Positions 1 through 8,595 of a stretch of 64,000 nucleotides of DNA are shown here, one piece after another. The DNA is from Rhodosorus marinus CCMP1338 (lineage: Eukaryota; Plantae; Rhodophyta): positions 1 to 64,000 of the forward strand of contig JAMWBK010000007.1 in NCBI GenBank assembly GCA_029953675.1. Reading direction: 5' to 3'. Made by a program: the position numbers and the translations under genes. Below the pieces are notes generated by a model. The model was not told where the DNA came from and searched no databases. It saw only the letters and a list, made by a program, of their open reading frames with translations. The first letter of the stretch is position 1. The number at the start of each line of letters is the position of its first letter.

Positions 1-470
1 CGTAACCCCAGACCTTCTAACGTATTACCCCAGACTAACGTAACCCCAGACTAACGTAACCCCAGACTAACGTAACCCCAGACTAACGTAACCCCAGACT
101 AACGTAACCCCAGACTAACGTAACCCCAGACTAACGTAACCCCAGACTAACGTAACCCCAGACTAACGTAACCCCAGACTAACGTAACCCCAGACTAACG
201 TAACCCCAGACTAACGTAACCCCAGACTAACGTAACCCCAGACTAACGTAACCCCAGACTAACGTAACCCCAGACTAACGTAACCCCAGACTAACGTAAC
301 CCCAGACTAACGTAACCCCAGACTAACGTAACCCCAGACTAACGTAACCCCAGACTAACGTAACCCCAGACTAACGTAACCCCAGACTAACGTAACCCCA
401 GACTAACGTAACCCCAGACTAACGTAACCCCAGACTAACGTAACCCCAGACTAACGTAACCCCAGACTAA
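1..470 (-). repeat. Terminal telomeric array, 16-nt unit (G-strand TTACGTTAGTCTGGGG), ~29 copies
   Basis: Perfect tandem CCCCAGACTAACGTAA from ~27 to 470 at the very start of the window; C-rich on +, as expected for a left chromosome end; first ~30 nt are degenerate. Confidence 0.93.
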
Positions 471-508
471 GCCGATTGCTATCTAGGGAATCACTCACAA
501 CAACCCCG

Positions 509-3500
509 CTACCGGGGTCTCATGCTACGTTCAAAAGAAAAAACAGGAACCAGTGGGTTCTCCAACTGGTCCGCACGTAGAGCGCCAAGCGCAATCGCCG
601 CGTTGCCCTGCCATAGGATCCTGTTTAACTGGGATCGTGCATCCCTCAGCTCCTCATCTCGATGCAACAAGTGTTTACAACTGTCCCGCAAAAAGTCTTG
701 CGTCAACCTCCCGCTCCGCCCAAAGGTCTCTATCGCGATCGGGATGAACTTCTCCTCGGGCTTTTCCACACTCATCGCCTCTTTATAGTGCGCGAGCTTG
801 TAGTTCTCCGCCAGTTTCGCTGCATACCCGTTTTCTGCACTGCCACGCCTTATGTACTTTTCCTGTAGCGGTGAAATCACCGTCACATCGATCGCGTACT
901 TTTGAAAGGTCTTTGGATGGGTCGCCACGATATCTGGTCGCAGCTGGTAATTCTCAAAATACCTCTGCGGTTCTTGCTGTATGTCAAGAAAATTCCATCG
1001 GTTGAGCCATCTCCCTAGCTCCGTACAGAGCTCGTCGTGCCGTCTCTGCCATAGTCCCGTCGATGTTGGACAGTGTTGAAATCGTTGCACCCCATTTGGG
1101 CCATGTTTCCTACGGCAACTGGTGCACTGCTCCGTTGTCCGCAACCCCGGAATCGGCAGCCCCAGCAGTTGTCGAACATTTACCTGCAATTCCTGTGAGT
1201 CCAGCTTTCTCGGCTCTAGCAACGGTAGTTCCCGCAGCCATACCCCCGAACCCGAGCCGGCCGCCGATCGGATTCTTGCACGGTGTTCATGCGAAACGCC
1301 CTCGTTGCCGACCAAACGTTGGAACGCGCGATGGTGTGCCTCCCTAGAGAGGGTTTGTTGTATTGAACCATGGTTCCAATCGCGAGGGGAGTCCGCTACT
1401 TCAGGTGCGGCTTCGTCTCTCAATTCGGGCAGCTTGGCCAGTCTCCGGATCCGCGGCGGCGTGTCTGGGCACAGTCTCCGCTCTATAGCACGACTAGACG
1501 CGCGGATTTGCTCACCGATCGTCTCCGTTGACACCTGCAGTCGGCCTAGGTGGCTGATGTGTATGTCGCCACCTTGCCTGACCTGTCGCTCCACCTCCGT
1601 TATATAGGGCCACTGACCCGCATGGTCTCTCAGGGTCTGCGCCCAGGCCGAGAAGAACGCAATCGGCTGTATTCTTGCACGGGTCGCGAACCCCAATCCG
1701 CCCCATCGGCAGGGCAACGAAATCTGCTCGTTGACCGGGTGTATCAGCTCATCCTCGACCAAGGCCGTCGTGCAGAGGCCACCAAACAAGACCTCTAAGT
1801 GGTATCGGCTCATGCTGTCCGCTTCCCTGGCCAGAGCTCGTCCAAACGGGTAGGCAAGGCATCGCAAGGTGTAATCCAACCTCGTTTCTGCGCAATACCT
1901 GTAAAGCGCAAGCTGGATAGGCAGTTCCTCGGTTGGCAGGCTCGAAATCTCCTTGAACAGCTTCTCGTGTTTGTTCTGCAGCCGTCTACACTCGTGCTCG
2001 ATGTACTGCCGAGTGCCGATGGGGATGGAGTGGATTGTGAGGCCTTCCCTAGTCACTTGCACGCCGGGAATCGCACGGTTCACCAAGCGTGTAGTGGTGA
2101 GGGATCGACCATAAAGGCTGCATTTGCTGAGCTGCAGGCGGGCTCCAAGGCACGGTAGCAGGGTCTGTCCCCATTGGAGAGCCTCCTTCAATATAGGCAA
2201 TGCGCCGACCAGAGTGATGTCGTCATGGATGGCGACGATCGTGACTCCCTGAAACTTGTTGCTGAGTGCCTTGAGAAAAGGGGCCAGGGAGAGCGCATGT
2301 AGCACCGGACCTAAAGGGTCGCCTTGTTGTACTCCGGTTTCTGCTTGCAGCGTCAGTCTGTCCTTGTGCAGGTGGTTGTCTTCTTGCGTCGTCCGCCATC
2401 CACAAAGCGTCGGTGTTTCCCCATCGCCTCCATATCCGAGCCTATACACCGCTGTGAGCTCAGGGAAGTGCTGGGCCACCAGTTTCTTGGCAAGTCGCCT
2501 ATCAATGCGGTTAAAGGCGTTCTCGAGGTCCAGTCGAAGTGCAACCGAGTCTGGTTCACATGACAGGTGGGCCTGGATGGCGTGCAGTGACCGTTCACAG
2601 CCACCGCTGACCCCGATTCCCAGCTGCAACGGCACCAACAGCTCGCGGACCCGGTCCATCACCGCTCGCAGCCCCCACTGAGTTGCCACTTTGCGTAGGA
2701 CCTCCGGCACGCCTATTGGGCGGATCCCTGCCTTGGCCTGGGAGTTACCCCCCTGTGCTGGCTTCGAGAAAGGCAGAAGTCTACTGCTACGCAAGGCTCG
2801 TAGCAGAAGGGGTGAGAATCGCCCGGGCGCGGTGGCGAGTTGGCGCAAGACCCGAATCAGTGCTACCTGAGTCTGTTGGTTCGCCCCTTGCAAATGTTCC
2901 GCGCGCATTCCACTCGGTCCAGGGCTCGTCCCTTGAGGTAGTCGTGCCACGATTGAGAGGAGGCTTTCGTCGGCAGCCATTTTTGGATCCCACCGCCTCT
3001 TCAGTGTGTCGTTGTCCGTCGTGAGTAGGCCTTGGAGGGCTTCCACAATCTCCACCGGTGAATCCACACTGGCGGGGCTCGGAAAGAGCTGTTGTAGTTG
3101 CCGCCAGGTAGCCGCTGTGAAAGGCGCCATTTCGGTGGCCTCGAGTCTTCTTGCAGCATCCGAGAGGCGGCCGAGTCGTGCTAGTTTAAGTGCTTGTTTG
3201 CGGCGGCCATCGACTCGTCGACGAACGTCTTCGGCACCGTGTGATGTAGGTGGGGGTTTCATTGATGCGGCTTTCTCCTCAAGGGCCGTCCAGACCCGCT
3301 GGAACTCTCCTTCTAGTACATGTGCGACCTGTACCCCTGTGTCAAGGGTGGAGTGGCCCAGGACCAGACCCGGAAGGCCGACGAGAAGCAGGCTCGCTAA
3401 TGGAGGTGCTGTCGCGTCCAGAGAAAGCTCGAGGGCAGCCCGAAGAAGCCGGCTCCATGTAGAAACGTGTGCTCGGGGCACGAAGCGTCGTGTGGGCACC

Positions 3501-3646
3501 GGGCAATGTGTGATGCGCGTCCAATGCCTCCCCTCCTCCGTGATCTCAGCTACGAAAGCGTTCCAGCGGCAAATCCAGGCCTCCCGGTCAGAGAAGAACA
3601 GAGGCTCTTCTCGTGGGCGTTTACGTCCCCTGCGTCTGGACGGCAT
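509..3646 (-). CDS. Family A ORF2: reverse transcriptase + RLE endonuclease, 1045 aa, intact
   Basis: RT motifs PGPSG, RPIG, LDLENAFN, GVQQGDPLGP, IHDD; CxxC knuckle; RHD; RPDIVA-IDVT-K-PIAIETFG RLE motifs. Confidence 0.93.
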   Translation of the reverse strand: MPSRRRGRKRPREEPLFFSDREAWICRWNAFVAEITEEGRHWTRITHCPVPTRRFVPRAHVSTWSRLLRAALELSLDATAPPLASLLLVGLPGLVLGHSTLDTGVQVAHVLEGEFQRVWTALEEKAASMKPPPTSHGAEDVRRRVDGRRKQALKLARLGRLSDAARRLEATEMAPFTAATWRQLQQLFPSPASVDSPVEIVEALQGLLTTDNDTLKRRWDPKMAADESLLSIVARLPQGTSPGPSGMRAEHLQGANQQTQVALIRVLRQLATAPGRFSPLLLRALRSSRLLPFSKPAQGGNSQAKAGIRPIGVPEVLRKVATQWGLRAVMDRVRELLVPLQLGIGVSGGCERSLHAIQAHLSCEPDSVALRLDLENAFNRIDRRLAKKLVAQHFPELTAVYRLGYGGDGETPTLCGWRTTQEDNHLHKDRLTLQAETGVQQGDPLGPVLHALSLAPFLKALSNKFQGVTIVAIHDDITLVGALPILKEALQWGQTLLPCLGARLQLSKCSLYGRSLTTTRLVNRAIPGVQVTREGLTIHSIPIGTRQYIEHECRRLQNKHEKLFKEISSLPTEELPIQLALYRYCAETRLDYTLRCLAYPFGRALAREADSMSRYHLEVLFGGLCTTALVEDELIHPVNEQISLPCRWGGLGFATRARIQPIAFFSAWAQTLRDHAGQWPYITEVERQVRQGGDIHISHLGRLQVSTETIGEQIRASSRAIERRLCPDTPPRIRRLAKLPELRDEAAPEVADSPRDWNHGSIQQTLSREAHHRAFQRLVGNEGVSHEHRARIRSAAGSGSGVWLRELPLLEPRKLDSQELQVNVRQLLGLPIPGLRTTEQCTSCRRKHGPNGVQRFQHCPTSTGLWQRRHDELCTELGRWLNRWNFLDIQQEPQRYFENYQLRPDIVATHPKTFQKYAIDVTVISPLQEKYIRRGSAENGYAAKLAENYKLAHYKEAMSVEKPEEKFIPIAIETFGRSGRLTQDFLRDSCKHLLHRDEELRDARSQLNRILWQGNAAIALGALRADQLENPLVPVFSFERSMRPR

Positions 3647-5228
3647 TATGATTGCTCGTTGTCCTGCGCTTCCTGCTGAACCGACGGGTTTGTATTGGCT
3701 GCAGTTTCAGGTTGTAGTCCATTCTCGCTCGGTGTGGGGTCGAGGGGAGCTGGTGTCATTTCTGCATCCGTGCTAGATCCGTTGGCAGACCGGCGCGAGC
3801 GCTTAAGTTGAGGAGGTTCCGGCAAGTTGCACGAGAGTTCCGCATGGGGATTGTCCTCTTCTTCCACATCCTGCGGTACTTGGGATGTTCCACCGGAGTC
3901 ACCCTGAGTGGCAACAGTCCCACAGGCTGCCTGTGCATCGTCCGGAGACGACGAGGCTTCAGCGGCTGCGTTTGGTGCGGCTGCAGTCGTTAGGGGTTCC
4001 GCGCTCTCCCTGGATACCGCAGGTTGCTGTTGAAGGGCTTGTAACTTTTCAAGCCGTTGGTCCAGCATCTCGTGCACTCGGGCGAGAGTTGTAAACGAGA
4101 GATGTCGACGGCTCAGCCGCGCGCGGATGCGTATGATCTGCTCGATCGCTCGTCTCAGCGTTTGAGCCCTGACATCTCCGCCGGCGAGTCGTTGCCGCTC
4201 GTTGAACCCCAGCAGGTTATCCGCCTCTAAACCGTGCCCGGTGTACAGGCTCACCTGTCGATCGGGGTGTCGCATGGTAAAGGATCCGAAAATCCCAGTC
4301 CGGAACACCCCCGGCTGATTGCGCTTTGGAGAAGAGGAATTGCATCAGGGTGGCACACGAGGCTCACGTGTGAAGAGATAAAGTCCAAATGCGCCACATA
4401 CGAGCCGGGAATGCCCAACGCCCGGCAGAGGACCGTAGTGAAGTCAGAAGCAGCCACCTCATCCTGTCGTGGGGGACGGATATTTCGGAGGGTAACAAGC
4501 ACTGGCGTGGTCTCAGGGCCCCAGCTGGCCCCTCCCACTGTGGCGTGTAACTGCTTCAGGGCGGCATGTTGCGTCTGCGGCCCAGGCCTTCGCATGGTGC
4601 GGATGGGTGTCTCTACACCGTTCTCTGGTACTTCTACCGCCGAAACCGCCGCGTAGGTGGGTCTGGGGGTGTCATTCCCAAGGGCCGGGAAAGCCGTCTC
4701 AAACCGGACACCCGCAGGGACACCTGTCCCGACCGGAACTTGATTGAAGCCCGTTCCGGCCGCAAGTTGATTGACCACCGCCGTCGGCCGGTGATGCGCC
4801 GAAGCTCCCGAGGGATTCGAAGTCTGTGCAGAAGCTTGCCACATGTGGGGCTTCTGTGCAAGTTCCGTGAGGCGGCTGGTGACATTATGTATCTCTGTGG
4901 TACTGTTAATTCGCGAGTAGAGATTGAAGACTGCTTTGTAGAAGTTCGCGATGTCCTGCTCCCCAATTCCGAGGGCGTGATAGCACTGATCGTAGCTGCG
5001 AAGTTGGTGGAGGAACGTGTTAGCGGGAGAGGATGACGTAGAAGGCTCTGTCCGACTCCCCTCCTGGCACGGTTCTTCTGGGCGTAAAGTAGTCGCTTGT
5101 AGTCCATCATGTGACCCATGCCCGTCCTCTCGTTCAGCAATTGGAGAGGCAGGCAGCATTCCGCTCATTGCACCGGTATTCTTCGAATTCCCCTCCCCAA
5201 ACGAAGGGGAAGTGCCAGTGTTTGGCAT
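3646..5228 (-). CDS. Family A ORF1 (~525 aa if joined), split by a 1-nt frameshift at the C5 run 4308-4312
   Basis: ORFs 4251-5228 and 3646-4308 join into one protein colinear with the family D homologue (49804-50454: SAIARG-VFHSRVFGSF vs SAISRG-VFRTGIFGSF). Confidence 0.75.
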
Positions 5229-5280
5229 ATTTTACCCCAGGCGAACCAAACCTACAAACTTAATTTCGAACCTTATCCAA

Positions 5281-5330
5281 TAACCCCAGATAACCCCAGA
5301 CACCCCAGACTAACCCCAGACTAACGTAAC
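5281..5330 (-). repeat. Degenerate telomeric repeats between two family A copies
   Basis: taaccccaga-taaccccaga-caccccagac-taaccccagactaacgtaac. Confidence 0.9.
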
Positions 5331-5486
5331 CGTGAGCTTTATTGGGCAGTCGCCTAATGCGACGTAACACTAAGCCGATTGCTATCTAGGGAATCACTCA
5401 CAACAACCCCGCTACCGGGGTCTCATGCTACGTTCAAAAGAAAAAACAGGAACCAGTGGGTTCTCCAACTGGTCCGCACGTAGAGC
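5331..5486 (-). mobile_element. Family A 5'-truncated copy (complete 3' UTR + end of ORF2)
   Basis: Matches 471-590 and carries the extra ~45 nt of 3' UTR that runs into the telomere repeat. Confidence 0.9.
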
Positions 5487-5496
5487 CCAGCTAAGG

Positions 5497-6148
5497 GTAA
5501 CCCCAGACTAACGTAACCGTAAGCTTTACTGGGCAGCTGCCTACTGCAGCGCAACACTACGTCTAATCCTATCTAGGGAAAAACTTACTGGAACCCCGCT
5601 ACCGGGGTCTCATGCTACGTTCAAAAGAAAAAACAGGTACCAGCGGATTCTCCAGCTGGTCCACGCGCAAAGCGCCTAATGCTATCTCTGCGTTACCTCG
5701 CCATAGTTGCCGGTTTATCTGGGATCTCACGTCTCTCAGCTCCTCACTCCTGTGCAGTAAGTGCTTGCAGCTGTCCCGGAGGAACTCCTGTGCCATTTGC
5801 CCCGTACTACCCCAGACTAACGTAACCCCAGCTCTCTGCAGATTTCGTCATGCCTACGTTGCCACAGTCCAGTTGATGTTGGGCAGTGATGAAACCGTTG
5901 TACCCCAGTCCTTCCGTGTTTACTCCGGCAACTAGTGCACTTCTCGGTGGTCCGCAATCCCGGAATTGGCAGACCCAGCAGTTGTCGAACGTTTACCTGC
6001 ATCTCAACCGCACTCAATTTTTTCGGTGTCAGCGTTGGTATTTCACGTAGCCAGACTCCCGACCCGGATCCCGCGGCAGACCGTCTTCGAGCTCGGTTTT
6101 CAGGGGAGATTCGTGGGTTGGTGACCAGCTTTTGGAATGCGCAATGCT
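5497..6148 (-). mobile_element. Family A subfamily b fragments, interrupted by a telomere unit at 5809-5831
   Basis: Encodes RQLLGLPIPGLRTTEKCTSC...RHDE and AQEFLRDSCKHLL...MRPR; diverged 3' UTR ending in the telomere repeat. Confidence 0.85.
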
Positions 6149-6156
6149 AAGACATT

Positions 6157-6207
6157 AAAAGTTCGTCAGGGGAAATCCGGGAATTGAACCCGGGACCTCT
6201 CGCACCC
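6157..6207 (-). pseudogene. tRNA-Pro 3' half (anticodon loop to discriminator) plus 3' trailer with a T4 run
   Basis: Minus strand GGG-TGCGAG-AGGTC-CCGGG-TTCAATT-CCCGG-ATTTCCC-C then TGACGAAC-TTTT; matches the eukaryotic tRNA-Pro 3' half; 5' half not seen. Confidence 0.85.
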
Positions 6208-6322
6208 CAGACTAACGTAACCCCAGACTAACGTCACCCCAGACTAACGTAACCGTGAGCTTTATTGGGCAGTCGCCTAATGCGACGTAACACTAAGCCG
6301 ATTTACCCCAGACTAACGTAAA
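6204..6322 (-). mobile_element. Three telomere units + 48-nt family A 3' tip + one telomere unit
   Basis: 6255-6302 matches 5331-5378; flanked by CCCCAGACTAACGTAA units. Confidence 0.85.
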
Positions 6323-7380
6323 CCAGCCCCCGAATAAGGCAGCTCCTCAACCCCACGTACCTGACTGCTGCCCCTGCAGCAAATTCCCCCCCTGACCAGT
6401 CTGCGGTGAAGCAAGGTTCCTTACAACAGACCCTCTCAAGAGAGGCACACCTTACTGCTTTCACCCGACTGGTCACGGATCCCTTACTCGACCCGGAACA
6501 TCGTGCCCGAATCCGTTCCGCTGCAGGAGCAGGTTCAGGCGTCTGGCTAAGAGATTTGCCACAATTCGGACCCCGAAAATTGAGTGGGAGAGGCATGCAC
6601 CTGAATATCCGACAATTGCTGGGTCTCCCGATTCCGGGACTGCGGACGACGGAGAGGTGTACTACGTGCAATAGTACACACCGTACGAACGGTGTACAAA
6701 GATTCCATCATTGTCAGACCTCGACTGGGCTCTGGCAACGGCGACATGATGAGCTCTGCACTGAGCTGGCGCGTTGGCTTAACAGATGGCAGTTCAGAGA
6801 TGTTCAGCAAGAACCTACAGACTACTTCACGAACTCGAATCTACGACCTGACTTGGTAGCTATACACCCTCGAACCTGGCAACGATTTGCGATCGATGTG
6901 ACGGTGGTGTCACCCCTACAGGCGAGACACCTAGCCAACAGCAAAGACAACAATGGTTATGCAGCAAAACAGGCGGAGCGTTGGAAACTTGCACACTACA
7001 AGGAGGCGATGGCGACAGAGCATCCAGATGACAAACTGATTCCGATTGCGATAGAAACCTTCGGCAGAACAGGGCAGATGACCCAAGACTTTCTCCGTGA
7101 GGGCTGTGGGCACATGCTAACTAAGCAGTACGAGTTGAGCAACGCGCGGGCTCAACTAAACAGAACACTCTGGGCAGGGAACGCAGAGCTCGCGTTAGGG
7201 GCTTTGCGCGTGGATCAGTCGGACCAGCCACTGATCCCTTATTTTTCTTTTTTATCGTAGCTAGAGACCCCGGGAGTCGGGGTTAAACACACACATTTTC
7301 CCTAGATCTTGATAGAATTAGTGTTGCGCTGCATTAGGCAGTTGCCGAGTAAAGTTTACAGTTACGTTAGTCTGGGGTTA
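6323..7380 (+). mobile_element. Family A subfamily c, 5'-truncated, inverted relative to the array
   Basis: ORF 6406-7260 encodes knuckle + RLE; 3' UTR ends GTTACGTTAGTCTGGGGTTA. Confidence 0.88.
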
Positions 7381-7446
7381 CCCCAGAAGAACCCCAGACT
7401 AACGTAACCGTAAGCTTTACTGGGCAGCTGCCTACTGCAGCGCAAT
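7381..7446 (-). mobile_element. Telomere unit + family A-b 3' tip, tail-to-tail with the previous copy
   Basis: 7391-7445 matches 5500-5552. Confidence 0.85.
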
Positions 7447-7645
7447 GAGTCCGTCGCAAATCTATTAGCGAAGTGCTTGTATGCTCCTTTCGACTCCCTT
7501 TGCGCCTTGGGTGAATTCCCCCGCAAGAGATTCCTATATTAGAAGCATGATTATCTCTCTGGGCTCTGTGCTTTGGCAGGGATTTATCCAACAGGACTTA
7601 CGTCATAACAGATATCCCCGTGGCAGAAGCTGAAGCCGTGATCCC

Positions 7646-8587
7646 ACCCCAGACTAACGTAACCCCAGACTTCCGTGCCGCATACCCGGTCTCCCAAGAC
7701 GCTTTGTGGAGGTGTGTTCTTTGCAAAGGCGAGGTCACCTTCACATCGATCACGTAGAGCTTGCCTGTTCGTGGGTGTCGGGCTAGAATGTCAGGCCGAA
7801 GCCGACTGCCTTGGTAGTGTCCGGTCGGTTCTATTGTCGCTTCTAGTCGCCATTGTCTCAGCACTGTCGCCAGGGCGTCCCTGACCATGTTATGCCGAAT
7901 TGTCCAACTCCCGGTAGAGCTGGTGCAGTGGTGAAGGCGTTGAATGCCTGCAGCGTCGTGTGGTTGGGAACATATCGTACACGTACTAAGTATTCGTACA
8001 CCCGGCAGGGGCAATCCCAACAGTTGTCGAAGGCTCAGGTTCAGTTCTCCGCTACTTAGGCCGCGTCCGTGTTTCCTTGGCAAGTCTCGCAGCCAAGTAC
8101 CCCCTCCTGATCCCTTGCAGGAGCGTATTCGCGCACGTGCCGTCTCGCTGATCTCCGCGTTCTCCACCATTTCCTCGAATGCCCGTCGGTGACTCCAGTT
8201 GGAGAGGAGTTTTTGGGTTGAACCGATCAAGGGCCTGTCGGGTGGTGTGTGCGGGTTCTCTGCTTGTTCTTGGCTCTCCAACGATTGCCATTCTGTTAGG
8301 CGGAGTATGGGGGCCGGTGTTCCTCGTGCCAGGCAGCGTTTTGAGTGGAGGCTCGCTTCGATTAGTTGTGCTCCAAGTTGATCCGTCGAGTGGAGCAGGG
8401 GTCGAATGTGATGGTGCTCGGTCAGGTTCGTCGATGTGCAGGCATCGAGTAGCGCTCCTAGGTGGCTAGATCCAGTCCAATTGAGCTTCAGAGTCTGTCG
8501 CCAACTGCTGAAGAAGGCGAGGGGTTGTATTCGTGTTCTCATCGCTAGGCCTGCGCCACCCCATCGACCCCAGACTAACGTAACCCC
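7646..8587 (-). mobile_element. Family D internal fragment (thumb to RLE) bracketed by telomere units (7646-7670, 8567-8587)
   Basis: RTRIQPLAFFS...CTICSQPHDAAGIQRLHHC...RPDILARHPRTGKLYVIDVKV; telomere units translate as VTLVWG at both ends. Confidence 0.85.
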
Positions 8588-8595
8588 TACCATTT

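Larger units (their letters stand above)
466..5280 (-). mobile_element. Family A telomere-inserted non-LTR retrotransposon (RLE/CRE-like), near full length, 3' end toward the chromosome end
   Basis: Short 5' UTR, ORF1, ORF2 (RT + Zn knuckle + PD-(D/E)xK RLE); telomere repeats on both sides. Confidence 0.92.

Noticed and set aside
1-470. CRISPR-like array
   Set aside because: Contiguous 16-nt units with no spacers and no cas genes; the context is eukaryotic and terminal
509-3646. Group II intron, retron, DGR, telomerase or Penelope-type RT
   Set aside because: C-terminal knuckle + PD-(D/E)xK RLE, 5' truncations and TSDs identify non-LTR RLE elements
522-3776. Numerous plus-strand ORFs overlapping family A ORF2, and similar shadows elsewhere
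   Set aside because: Antisense or alternative-frame shadows of GC-rich coding sequence with no independent motifs
5229-5280. HDV-like ribozyme in the family A 5' UTR
   Set aside because: The UTR is only ~52 nt and I could not fold the nested double pseudoknot
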